Virus record (IMG/VR): IMGVR_UViG_2675903413_000001
Coordinates: 1-40,646 of that record
Length of the DNA: 40,646 nt
Source of the DNA: a virus
Lineage: Duplodnaviria; Heunggongvirae; Uroviricota; Caudoviricetes
Direction: 5' to 3' (one strand)
Shown: positions 1-7,736 of the stretch, one piece after another
How positions within the stretch are numbered: position 1 is the first letter of the stretch
Layout of the letters: every line of letters starts with the position of its first letter
Program-made: the position numbers and the translations under genes
Notes under the pieces: model-generated
What the model was told of the DNA's origin: nothing
What the model saw: only the letters and a program-made list of their open reading frames with translations
Databases searched by the model: none

Positions 1-16
1 ATGGTGTCCCCTGCAG
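1..16. repeat. attL: attL core: 16-bp direct repeat identical to 40631..40646; reverse complement matches a tRNA 3' end (CTGCAGGGGACACCA)
   Basis: Exact 16-mer atggtgtcccctgcag at both window ends; integrase adjacent to the right copy. Confidence 0.8.
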
Positions 17-74
17 ACATCTACTTAAGGCGGCAGGGGATTGATTGGAATGGTGTTTTTTAGATGTGAAAAAT

Positions 75-95
75 ATTTTACCCGCTATTTTACCC
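75..95. repeat. Two direct copies of ATTTTACCC (75..83, 87..95); candidate arm-type integrase binding sites
   Basis: Same 8-bp motif recurs near attR as GGGTAAAA/TTTTACCC (40471..40527). Confidence 0.5.
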
Positions 96-290
96 ATTGG
101 CGCGGCTTAAGAGCTTATTTTTGAATTCACAATGGTCACGATATAACCATCTTGCTCGCCCGTGGATAACTTTGGCTTTAGGTAGGTCTCCGGACTTAAT
201 CCGGTCATAGATGAAGGTCTTACCGAAGCCAGTATCGGCCATGATGAATTTCAAATCAACCAGGGAATCAGGCTGTAGTTCGTGTTGCAT
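90..290 (-). CDS. xis: AlpA-family winged-helix DNA-binding protein, putative excisionase
   Basis: 66 aa; TGFGKTFIYDRIKSGDLPKAKVIHGRARWLYRD resembles AlpA/Xis HTH; SD GGAGA 8 nt upstream; lies next to attL. Confidence 0.6.
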   Translation of the reverse strand: MQHELQPDSLVDLKFIMADTGFGKTFIYDRIKSGDLPKAKVIHGRARWLYRDHCEFKNKLLSRANG

Positions 291-332
291 GAGTGCTATC
301 TCCGAATAGGGAATCGAATCTGCAAATCAGGT

Positions 333-356
333 AATAAAAAACCGCCATCAGGCGGC
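333..356 (-). terminator. Rho-independent terminator on minus strand (stem CCGCC/GGCGG followed by T-run)
   Basis: Plus 335..355 aaaaaaccgccatcaggcgg; on minus the hairpin is followed by TTTTTTATT. Confidence 0.5.
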
Positions 357-515
357 TTGGTGTTCTTTCAGTTCTTCAATTCGAATATTGGTTACGTCTG
401 CATGTGCTATCTGCGCCCATATCATCCAGTGGTCATAGCAGTCGTTGATGTTCTCTGCTTCGATAACTCTGTTGAATGGCTCTCCATTCCATTCACCTGT
501 GACTCGGAAGTGCAT
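348..515 (-). CDS. Hypothetical small protein (55 aa), not in ORF track
   Basis: Manual translation MHFRVTGEWNGEPFNRVIEAENINDCYDHWMIWAQIAHADVTNIRIEELKEHQAA; SD GGAG 7 nt upstream of ATG at 515. Confidence 0.35.
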   Translation of the reverse strand: MHFRVTGEWNGEPFNRVIEAENINDCYDHWMIWAQIAHADVTNIRIEELKEHQAA

Positions 516-587
516 TTATCATCTCCATAAAACAAAACCCGCCGTAGCGAGTTCAGATAAAATAAATCCCCGCGAGCGCGAGGATTG

Positions 588-872
588 TTATTCATTGCTG
601 ATATTCACCTTTATCGCGAACACCTTTACCGGTTTATCGCCGAAGTGCGGATGTGTGATTGTCTTGATTTCATAGCCGCTATACGGAACGTCAATTCTGC
701 GGCTGGAATCGTCACGCTTCGGATATCCCTTTGTGATAATCAGGCGGTCATATTCCCGGAACATAATTCGCTTATCCCAGTAGTCATTACACAGGCGATA
801 CTCTTCCGTTTTCTCGCCTGACTTCATCTGGTCGAAATATTCACCGTTAACTGCCAGTTGAAGGTTAGCCAC
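588..872 (-). CDS. Hypothetical early-region protein (94 aa)
   Basis: ORF track; start overlaps stop of upstream gene (coupled operon arrangement). Confidence 0.6.
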   Translation of the reverse strand: MANLQLAVNGEYFDQMKSGEKTEEYRLCNDYWDKRIMFREYDRLIITKGYPKRDDSSRRIDVPYSGYEIKTITHPHFGDKPVKVFAIKVNISNE

Positions 873-1452
873 GGTTAACCTCCTGCGGCGGTTCTGGTAG
901 AGGCATCCAGTGGGTTACTCCATGCCATATGCCAGTTAAGGTTTCAAACCTTGGCTCTCTGCCTTTCTGTGTCTTGGCATATTCATTCCTTGTATATACG
1001 CATTGTCTAACTGCATATCCATTCCATCCAATAACTGTTTGTCTAATTTCAGGCATTCGCTCACTACAGCTTATCCAACCATCCGGAGTTACCGGAGAGT
1101 TGCCCGATAGCTCGTGCAACTTGTAAGTTTGGCTTACAGGTTCGGCTTCCAGTTCTGCTATGCGCTTTTTTGCTGTTTCCAGCTCGCCCAGCAGTGTCAG
1201 CACGGTAGCCGGATTGGCTGCGGCGATGAATTCAGCATTGGCCTGCTGTTCCATTTGGAAATCTTCATCGAAACCGCTTTCTGGATGCGCTCCTTCAATT
1301 CTGCAAATGGGAATATATCCAGCAGCCTCGCGATGAATTAGTGCATCATCACCATCAAAGCTGCCATCTCCATATTCGATCGACCACTCACCACACGTTG
1401 CTTTCTCTGCCGCCTCTCGCAGTGCCTGATAGTCAATTGTCATTCTCTCCAT
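865..1452 (-). CDS. Ead/Ea22-like early protein with DUF551-like C-terminus
   Basis: 195 aa; coiled-coil middle; C-terminal WISCSERMPE ... HWMPLPEPP resembles the DUF551 hallmark. Confidence 0.6.
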   Translation of the reverse strand: MERMTIDYQALREAAEKATCGEWSIEYGDGSFDGDDALIHREAAGYIPICRIEGAHPESGFDEDFQMEQQANAEFIAAANPATVLTLLGELETAKKRIAELEAEPVSQTYKLHELSGNSPVTPDGWISCSERMPEIRQTVIGWNGYAVRQCVYTRNEYAKTQKGREPRFETLTGIWHGVTHWMPLPEPPQEVNRG

Positions 1453-2084
1453 CCTTCACAGTTGTAATCACTACATCCTTCAAAATCATATGGGCTGTAC
1501 TGCCAGGTGATTTTTCCGCAATGCGGACAATTCCAGCGCACCTTCCCGCTTCGCGACTTCTTTCTTCTGTTTTGCTTTTTCAACCAGTCAGGCATGACCA
1601 AACCTGCGCCCTGAACCATTGTTCTGCGGTTAAAATTATTGATATTGAACGTCCGGCGCTTTGCTGCATCAGCAATAGAAAATGGTAACCAAACTATTCC
1701 CGGTTCGTTTTTGTTGGCGACGCAAAAGATGGTCGCTTTGCTGAAGTTATCGGTTGGCAATCCACCATGTTGAAGCCAGTAAACATCGTTGCCGTTCCAG
1801 CTACCTTTTTTGTAGGCCACATACGCAGTGCAATCTGGCTCAATCAGGCTTTCTGTAGGGATTAACTGGCAATCAACGTGCCACACTGCCATTGCATCCA
1901 CGCTATCAGCGCAAACAGGCTGATCGATATCTCGCCCACAATTCCAGGCTTTTTGGGCTTCTTCCAGCGTGTAAACATGAGCGCGATCGATATCAGAACT
2001 GTAACCATTGCCGTTATGGCAATGGAATGAGGCGTTATTACCCACAGTTTCACGCAAGCACATCATGTAAAAACGGTTACTCAC
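1440..2084 (-). CDS. Hypothetical early protein (214 aa) with C-terminal Cys cluster (CPHCG...CSDYNCEGW)
   Basis: ORF track; GTG start at 2084 with SD AAGGAGGAG immediately upstream; GTGA overlap with upstream stop. Confidence 0.6.
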   Translation of the reverse strand: MSNRFYMMCLRETVGNNASFHCHNGNGYSSDIDRAHVYTLEEAQKAWNCGRDIDQPVCADSVDAMAVWHVDCQLIPTESLIEPDCTAYVAYKKGSWNGNDVYWLQHGGLPTDNFSKATIFCVANKNEPGIVWLPFSIADAAKRRTFNINNFNRRTMVQGAGLVMPDWLKKQNRRKKSRSGKVRWNCPHCGKITWQYSPYDFEGCSDYNCEGWRE

Positions 2085-2266
2085 TGATCTCCTCCTTTGC
2101 GCAACATTGCATTCAGATATTTGTTTTGATTCACTGATGGAAAAGAATTTCTCTTAAGCAATTCCTCTCTCGATGGCATTGGCTTTACGCGTTGGCGAAT
2201 AATCATTTCTGCAGGAAGAATGCCGGGATTGTATGCAAGTCCTCTCATGGTAAATTCCTCAGTCAT
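2081..2266 (-). CDS. Hypothetical small protein (61 aa)
   Basis: ATG at 2266 overlaps TGA stop of the 97-aa gene (ATGA); its stop overlaps the next start; re-called from ORF 2081..2398. Confidence 0.45.
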   Translation of the reverse strand: MTEEFTMRGLAYNPGILPAEMIIRQRVKPMPSREELLKRNSFPSVNQNKYLNAMLRKGGDQ

Positions 2267-2552
2267 TACTGATAGCGCCATAGCGTGAGCGGTAATTACG
2301 CAGGCGCGGGTCAATTTCAGGGAAGTGGGTATATGTGGCTTTGCGGAATGGTCGGATTGATGTCTGGTAAATTCGCTCGCGTTCTTCTTTCTCTGCAAGC
2401 CATATACAATGGCGAAATTCCTTTTCCTCTTTCGTTTCCTGCGGTAGAGACATTATTCGATCGTAGTTTTTTCTGAATTTATCCAGCACCTCCGATACGG
2501 AATTGCCGGAACAGCGGCGCGGGTCATCCGCACCATACAGAGGCGCTGGCAT
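2259..2552 (-). CDS. Hypothetical early protein (97 aa)
   Basis: ORF track; SD AAGGA 7 nt upstream of ATG 2552. Confidence 0.55.
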   Translation of the reverse strand: MPAPLYGADDPRRCSGNSVSEVLDKFRKNYDRIMSLPQETKEEKEFRHCIWLAEKEERERIYQTSIRPFRKATYTHFPEIDPRLRNYRSRYGAISND

Positions 2553-2575
2553 GATTAAATCCTTATTTTTCTGAA

Positions 2576-2959
2576 TCAGAATGGGATGGAATCGTCGTAT
2601 ACAGGAGTGTTCTGCTGGTTACTACTTTGCTGCTGCGGGCCATTTCCTGAAGCTGCAAATCCAATCTTTGCATTCAGTAATTCAAGAGTGATTGATTGAC
2701 CATTTTGCCCCTGATAAACATCAACCCTGATGTTTTCTCCGGTAATTTCTACAATGCCACCTTCAACAAGAACACTACGGTAGTAATCCGCTTGCGCTCC
2801 CGGCTTGGCAAATACAACGGCGCTGTAGTTTGTCCATTCTTTCTTTTTTGTCTGGCGATCGTAATACTGAACGCCAGCACGGATGTTGAATCCGATATTT
2901 TCCCCGGCCTGAAACTCTCTTACGGGCTTGTTTAGTCTTACAGTAATCGAATGTGCCAT
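2576..2959 (-). CDS. ssb: Putative phage single-stranded DNA-binding protein (127 aa)
   Basis: C-terminal acidic tail ...PVYDDSIPF as in SSB C-termini; ATG 2959 overlaps Erf stop (TAATG); ORF track start 3049 rejected. Confidence 0.5.
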   Translation of the reverse strand: MAHSITVRLNKPVREFQAGENIGFNIRAGVQYYDRQTKKKEWTNYSAVVFAKPGAQADYYRSVLVEGGIVEITGENIRVDVYQGQNGQSITLELLNAKIGFAASGNGPQQQSSNQQNTPVYDDSIPF

Positions 2960-3564
2960 TAAGCAGCAGCTCCTTCTAATTCGTCTCGTCTGATGTTGTA
3001 AACGTCCTGTGCTTTGTGCTGCTCCGGTGTTCCTTCGAGCATCTTCCACGCTTTGGCGAACGCCTGTTTAAGCTCTTCCACGGTGTTTTTTTGCATTGCT
3101 GCGTCAGTGAATGCCTTTAGAACCTGTTCAGGTGTAGGTGATGGTTTTGATTGCTTTGCTGCTGCATTCTGCTGATGTTTATGCTCGTCTGTATCTGCAT
3201 CTTTCGCATCATCAATGCCGAACAAACCATTGAGGCAATACTTGCGTGCATAAGAGCTTGTAGCTCCCGTAACTTGTGCAGAATCCATTCCTTTCTTGCT
3301 TTCTTCCTCTCGTGCAAGAGCGGTTGCCGTATGACTGTTTTCGCCATCGGTAATAGTTGCCGTGGCTTTCACGTAATACCGGTCACCAATCAACACAACT
3401 TCATCGCTGATTGATAAAAACAGGCCATTCAGTAACGGCTTAACGCCTTCAAGAATGTCTTCGCAGCTTCTGTATTTATATTTACCGAATGAGTTGTACT
3501 GATTCTTTGGCGCGTTCAGATTCTCCTGAATGGCTGCCAGCCTTGCATAAAATTCTTTGCTCAT
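2959..3564 (-). CDS. erf: Erf-family single-strand annealing recombination protein
   Basis: MSKEFYARLAAIQENLNAPKNQYNSFGKYKYRSCEDILEGVKPLL matches remembered P22 Erf N-terminus; ATG 3564 preferred over TTG 3594. Confidence 0.85.
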   Translation of the reverse strand: MSKEFYARLAAIQENLNAPKNQYNSFGKYKYRSCEDILEGVKPLLNGLFLSISDEVVLIGDRYYVKATATITDGENSHTATALAREEESKKGMDSAQVTGATSSYARKYCLNGLFGIDDAKDADTDEHKHQQNAAAKQSKPSPTPEQVLKAFTDAAMQKNTVEELKQAFAKAWKMLEGTPEQHKAQDVYNIRRDELEGAAA

Positions 3565-3665
3565 ATGTTTGATCTCAGAATGGACACGGCCCAAGAAAAT
3601 AACGCTGATTTAATACTTCGACTCGGGACAAGTTAAGGCATACCCGCATTCCTTCGCGGTCGCCA

Positions 3666-3824
3666 TTATGGCGATACCAGAGAGCTTTCTGCGTGTACAT
3701 GCGTCTCTGTAACTTGCTCTCCTTCACTGTGGTTGCAAGTGACATGAATATCTCCTTCGTTACCGATTAATTCTTTCATCTGACGAATGAATTCTTCGTC
3801 TGACCAGTTATCTGTGAAACTCAT
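3666..3824 (-). CDS. Hypothetical micro-protein (52 aa), not in ORF track
   Basis: Manual translation MSFTDNWSDEEFIRQMKELIGNEGDIHV...; ATG overlaps upstream stop (ATGA). Confidence 0.3.
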   Translation of the reverse strand: MSFTDNWSDEEFIRQMKELIGNEGDIHVTCNHSEGEQVTETHVHAESSLVSP

Positions 3825-3973
3825 TTCCTGCGATACCACGGAAGGTTGATAGCTGATTTCATCGCTTTATTTGCTTCAAGCCACATTTTGGAATCACCAA
3901 TAAATCTGGCTATTACTGCTTTGTTTTGTGCCGCACGAAGCATCTGGTGATTAATGGCTATTTCATTGCGCAT
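3821..3973 (-). CDS. kil: Kil-like small protein (50 aa), tentative
   Basis: Manual translation MRNEIAINHQMLRAAQNKAVIARFIGDSKMWLEANKAMKSAINLPWYRRK; FIGDxKM motif and position just downstream of cIII recall lambda Kil; SD GAGG 7 nt upstream. Confidence 0.35.
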   Translation of the reverse strand: MRNEIAINHQMLRAAQNKAVIARFIGDSKMWLEANKAMKSAINLPWYRRK

Positions 3974-4089
3974 AATAAGACCTCAACTCTTTTCCATCCG
4001 TCACGTAACTTGCGGGTGATTCGTTCAAGTAAAGATTCATTTAGTTGGAAGGCACCCATGCGAGCGCCTCCCGCGATTGCGTAAATCAT
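3958..4089 (-). CDS. cIII: CIII-type FtsH protease inhibitor (43 aa)
   Basis: Manual translation MIYAIAGGARMGAFQLNESLLERITRKLRDGWKRVEVLLCAMK; core ESLLERITRKLRDGWKR matches remembered lambda CIII; SD AAGGA 8 nt upstream. Confidence 0.8.
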   Translation of the reverse strand: MIYAIAGGARMGAFQLNESLLERITRKLRDGWKRVEVLLCAMK

Positions 4090-4113
4090 GGGTGGTTCCT
4101 TATGTTGGTTTTA

Positions 4114-5082
4114 TTAGTAGGTTATTTTTGTTGCGAATACTTCGCCTTTTACGATGGCTGTTATGATATTTTTAGCAACATCTTCTGATGCACCAACCTT
4201 GATAAGGTCAGCAAGTATTTTGTTATTTACTTCTTTCCGGTGAGCTTTATCCTTTGCTCTACGCTCTTCTTCTTCCTTGATTCTTTTTTCTTCTGCTATT
4301 CTGGCTTGCTCTTTTGCTTCAGCCTCGCGCCGGATTCGTTCAGCCTCCTCCTGTGCTTTTCGGCGTTCTGCTTCAATTGCCGCCTGCTTTTCTCTTTCAG
4401 CTCGTTCTGCTGCCTCTTTTGCTTCGCGCTGTGCTCGTTGCTCGGCTTCAATGCGTTCACGCTCTGCACGTTCCGCTGCTGCCTTAGCTTCTGCTTCTCG
4501 CCTTGCTGCTGCTTCAATTTCGGCTTTTGCCTTTGCTTCGGCTTCTGCTCTGGCTTTCTCTTCAGCTTCTCTTTTTAAGCGTTCTTCATGCTCTCGCTTT
4601 TCCTGCTCCACTTTGAGTCTTGCCTCTTCTCTTTTGCGGTCAAATTCGCGATCCATCAAAATCGCTATTTCATGGTCAGACTCAATTTGCTTTGCGAGAG
4701 CTTCAGCTGCTGCCTTAGCTTCTTCTTCGGCTTTAATCCGTGCCTGTTCCTCCTCATAATCAGTAAGAGGCTGGCGCGCCTTGGCTTTCAGTTCATCAAG
4801 GCGATCGCGCACTGTCTTGCGGTTGGCATCAATTAGCTTTGGAATTTCCTTCAGTTCAGCAACAAGGTCTTTGCCAAGACCATCGAGATATGTTTTCGTC
4901 TGCGCAACTTTATACGCCAGAGAAGCGATCTCCTTTCTGCCCTTTGCCGTTGTGATATCAGGCACAAAGGACATAACTTCACGTTCAACCTTTTGGAGAA
5001 TTTCTTCAATCTGGTCGGCAGACTGAAATACAGTCATTGCATTTGCTTTTTCAATAACAACTAAATCTGTTACTTCACTCAT
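4114..5082 (-). CDS. Coiled-coil protein with long E/A/K/R-rich central repeat region (322 aa), function unknown
   Basis: ORF track 4114..5178; ATG 5082 (MSEVTD) chosen because of strong SD GGAGGA 5 nt upstream; ~150 aa of AEAKA/ERAERE-type repeats. Confidence 0.65.
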   Translation of the reverse strand: MSEVTDLVVIEKANAMTVFQSADQIEEILQKVEREVMSFVPDITTAKGRKEIASLAYKVAQTKTYLDGLGKDLVAELKEIPKLIDANRKTVRDRLDELKAKARQPLTDYEEEQARIKAEEEAKAAAEALAKQIESDHEIAILMDREFDRKREEARLKVEQEKREHEERLKREAEEKARAEAEAKAKAEIEAAARREAEAKAAAERAERERIEAEQRAQREAKEAAERAEREKQAAIEAERRKAQEEAERIRREAEAKEQARIAEEKRIKEEEERRAKDKAHRKEVNNKILADLIKVGASEDVAKNIITAIVKGEVFATKITY

Positions 5083-5093
5083 ATATCCTCCAT

Positions 5094-5123
5094 CAAAAAA
5101 AATTGCCCTCACACTGGAGGGCA
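5094..5123 (-). terminator. Rho-independent terminator on minus strand (tL1-like), immediately upstream of the coiled-coil gene
   Basis: Stem TGCCCTC/GAGGGCA (5104..5123) followed on minus strand by ATTTTTTT. Confidence 0.55.
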
Positions 5124-5336
5124 AAGAAGATTTCCAATAATCAGAACAAGTCGGCTCCTGTTTAGTTACGAGCGACATTGCTCCGTGTATTCACTCGTTG
5201 GAATGAATACACAGTGCAGTGTTTATTCGTATGCCTGTCTTTTAACCACATCAGGCTCGGTGGTTCTCGTGTACCCCTACAGCGAGAAATCGGATAAACT
5301 CTATTCACCCCTACAGAGAGCAAAAGAGAAACGCCG

Positions 5337-5921
5337 ATGAACAACTCATGGTGGCAGGAACTAATGCATTTTTTCCTGCAAGGAATGACACTTAAACAGT
5401 TGATTCATATGCTAATCATCCTGATCATATTGATTATTGTTATGCCGGTAAGCGTAAAAGAATGGATAAACCTGCATAATCCAGAAATCCTTCCTCATTA
5501 CTGGATGTATTACATCCTGTTGTTTTGCGTTAGCTATGTGCTTAACGGCGTTGTTAATTCCGCTTATCACGCTGTGACTGAAAGAATTGAGGTATTCGCT
5601 GCTCAGAAGCGCAAATCTAAAGAAGAGAAATACGTGAAAGATTTGTTTGATTCGTTAACTCTTGGAGAAAGAGCGTATTTGGCACTCGCTGTAGTCGCTA
5701 ATAACCAGCTACAAACGGAAAAGGGAAGCCCTGAAGCAATCTCATTGCTCGAAAAAGGGCTTCTTATTCGGATACCTTCTGCTACTGGATATCCTGAAAT
5801 CGACCGTTTTGTTATCCCGGAACGCTATAGAAATGAGTGCTACATTAGGTTTGCTGGGAAGAAAGACAGTCTTATGGATGAACTTATCGCTCAGGATAAG
5901 CATGGCAAAACAAGTAATTAG
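5337..5921 (+). CDS. sieB: SieB-like superinfection-exclusion membrane protein (194 aa), tentative
   Basis: Hydrophobic N-terminal segments; size and position next to N as remembered for lambda/P22 sieB; on the strand opposite to the pL operon. Confidence 0.45.
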   Translation: MNNSWWQELMHFFLQGMTLKQLIHMLIILIILIIVMPVSVKEWINLHNPEILPHYWMYYILLFCVSYVLNGVVNSAYHAVTERIEVFAAQKRKSKEEKYVKDLFDSLTLGERAYLALAVVANNQLQTEKGSPEAISLLEKGLLIRIPSATGYPEIDRFVIPERYRNECYIRFAGKKDSLMDELIAQDKHGKTSN

Positions 5922-5933
5922 CAAATGATTTTA

Positions 5934-6206
5934 TCATCTCGCCGTCAGTTGTTTTGATTTCCTGTAGCCTGCCGCGTAAAGAGCTACGTTTGGAAGACAA
6001 GTTGAGCCTTCATATTTTCTGGTCAGCGTTGTCAGTGTTATTACTTCTGCTCTCATTGCTGGTTTGCGCTTACATTGCAAGACCACTCGTGAGGGGGTTG
6101 GTCTGTGTAGCTTGTCGGAGCTAATCGCCTCCTGACTTTGCAGGTTTGCGCGACGAGCTCTACGACGAGAAGCTGAGGTGCCTTTAAATTCTGTTTTTCT
6201 GGACAT
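5934..6206 (-). CDS. N: N-type transcription antitermination protein (P22 gene 24-like)
   Basis: Arg-rich motif SASRRRARRANL near N-terminus; C-terminus LPNVALYAAGYRKSKQLTAR matches remembered P22 gp24; SD GGGAGG upstream of ATG 6206. Confidence 0.8.
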   Translation of the reverse strand: MSRKTEFKGTSASRRRARRANLQSQEAISSDKLHRPTPSRVVLQCKRKPAMRAEVITLTTLTRKYEGSTCLPNVALYAAGYRKSKQLTAR

Positions 6207-6302
6207 AGATTCCTCCCGAATAAACTTTGGTGATGCAATCTCGAAGCTCTTCCTGAGACGGTTGCTTCGGCATTGCATCCCACAGCTCATGTGGTTGGGT
6301 GA

Positions 6303-6351
6303 TCTGGCTTTTCAGCCACGTAGTCGAGTGTTCGACGTTGTTTAAAGAGCA
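6303..6351 (-). promoter_or_regulatory. nutL: nutL: boxA-like TGCTCTTTAAACAA (6338..6351) and boxB-like hairpin TGGCTGAAAAGCCA (6303..6316)
   Basis: Read on minus strand between pL and N; boxA resembles rrn boxA TGCTCTTTAACAA; boxB has a GAAA(A) loop. Confidence 0.55.
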
Positions 6352-6395
6352 TGCCAGTCTGTTCCGTTTGGCTACCAGCGTCCTGCTGCTGAAAA

Positions 6396-6470
6396 TGATA
6401 GTCACATATTGTGATTTAATGGTCAATCACAAAATGTGTAAAATAAGGATGTGACACGTTATGTGTATGA
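6396..6470 (-). promoter_or_regulatory. OL operators and pL promoter region
   Basis: Palindromes TCACAtatTGTGA (6402..6414) and ATCACAaaaTGTG (6426..6438); minus-strand -35 TTGACC / -10 GACTAT candidate. Confidence 0.5.
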
Positions 6471-6675
6471 TTTTTTTGTGTAAATAGTTTTCCCCGCGAT
6501 GGTTTTGCTTACTTAAGTCGGGGGCAGCAGCAGGATGGTGTGCTGAAAAGTTCGAAAAACGAGCGAAGTAGGTGGTGGCGAGATGGCGGTATATGGGAGT
6601 TGTATTAAGAATTATAGTAGTTTAATCAAAGGCTTGGGCTGGCTGTCAGGTGCTGTCCTGATAATGATCGGCGGG

Positions 6676-6703
6676 AAATAAAAAACCCGGCGCGGTGGCC
6701 GGG
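6676..6703 (-). terminator. Rho-independent terminator on minus strand, just downstream of the 340-aa gene
   Basis: Stem CCCGGC/GCCGGG (6686..6703) followed on minus strand by TTTTTTATTT. Confidence 0.65.
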
Positions 6704-6713
6704 TTTGAAGGTA

Positions 6714-7736
6714 TCACTTTGAAATCCTTGATATCATGGCAAGTTCGATAATTCCGCTTCGGATTTTGTAGTCTCCGAAAAGTTTCGTCGTATCAGATTC
6801 TTTCATTGCATCGTACAGCAAATCAGTTTCTTCTTTATCAAAGAATTCCGTCAGCACATAAGCTGGGAAGGAGTAGTCCTCTCCAACCTTTCTGCATGTA
6901 ACTGTCAGCTTTTCTGGAGTTTTCTTAATCCCCTCAATCTCAACCTCTACGGTAAGTTCGCTGTTAGTCATTTTTTCACGCGGGTTCTGGATCATCTCTT
7001 TGATATCTTTTTGGTCTAACTCAATTTTAGCAAGACCATTGAATTCGACTTTATCGGCATCAGAAACCCCTTTTAACACACCAACAACAGCATTAGCTGC
7101 ATGGTTTTGAATTCCTTCTGAAATATCCCTTGCTGCTGGAGTAGCACTTGATGCGCTAAGAGCTTCAACAATTCCATCCTTGAGAATTCTCATTCTCTCA
7201 TTTTCAGAATTGTTATCTTCTTTAGCTTCGTCAAGCTCAAGCTGTTTCATGTCTTTTTCATGCTTGTTTTTTAGGTGCGACTTTACGAGCCACGCCCCAG
7301 TAAGGAGTAGAGATATGAGAACTAAGCAGATTGCCTTTTCTGTTCCAGTCATACCTTGGGTTGATCTCTCAAATGCTATACCAAAAGAATCTATGACATC
7401 CTTAATGGCAACGATAAGGTCAGTACATCCTGGCTCGACCTTAAATATGATTTCAAGCTCTTCACGATCATTCTTAGTGAGGTGCTTAAGGTTGTCAGTT
7501 CCGTGCTTAACAAGCGTATATGCTTTATAGAGTTCAGTCTGAAACTCGCACATCCCTTGAGCTAGCGATGCCGGAATGGTTCCATTATAGCGCTCAGGAT
7601 CCCCGTAAATCTTGAAATTTACGACATTTACGAAATTTATGTTTAAGTTTTCTACCGTAAACTCTTCACCCTTCTTAAGGCGATGTAGCAAAGATTCAAC
7701 GTCGCTTAGGTTTGAAACCTCAATTTGATTTTCCAT
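6714..7736 (-). CDS. Unassigned 340-aa protein in the immunity-region moron slot, with one central hydrophobic segment
   Basis: ORF track; lies between repressor stop and OL/pL; AICLVLISLLLTGAWLV hydrophobic stretch; own terminator; no family recognised. Confidence 0.7.
   Translation of the reverse strand: MENQIEVSNLSDVESLLHRLKKGEEFTVENLNINFVNVVNFKIYGDPERYNGTIPASLAQGMCEFQTELYKAYTLVKHGTDNLKHLTKNDREELEIIFKVEPGCTDLIVAIKDVIDSFGIAFERSTQGMTGTEKAICLVLISLLLTGAWLVKSHLKNKHEKDMKQLELDEAKEDNNSENERMRILKDGIVEALSASSATPAARDISEGIQNHAANAVVGVLKGVSDADKVEFNGLAKIELDQKDIKEMIQNPREKMTNSELTVEVEIEGIKKTPEKLTVTCRKVGEDYSFPAYVLTEFFDKEETDLLYDAMKESDTTKLFGDYKIRSGIIELAMISRISK

Noticed and set aside
282-821. Plus-strand ORFs 282..530, 445..675 and 585..821
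   Set aside because: They lie antisense to or overlap better-supported minus-strand genes, lack SD sequences and have low-complexity translations.
3117-3414. ORFs 3117..3347 (-) and 3151..3414 (+) inside the Erf gene
   Set aside because: Alternative-frame or antisense artefacts within a confidently identified gene.
4240-5026. Plus-strand ORFs 4240..4578, 4277..4759, 4588..4836, 4781..5026 and minus ORF 4296..4517
   Set aside because: Antisense or alternative frames of the repetitive E/A/K/R coiled-coil gene; translations are Cys/Ser/Phe-rich low-complexity strings typical of repeat artefacts.
5162-5344. Minus-strand 60-aa ORF between the tL1-like terminator and the SieB-like gene
   Set aside because: No SD, improbable composition, and it sits in the likely promoter region of the plus-strand gene; it does not resemble Ral.
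5742-6426. ORFs 5742..5924 (-), 6053..6283 (-) and 6184..6426 (-)
   Set aside because: Overlap the SieB-like gene or N in other frames, or span the nutL/pL regulatory region.
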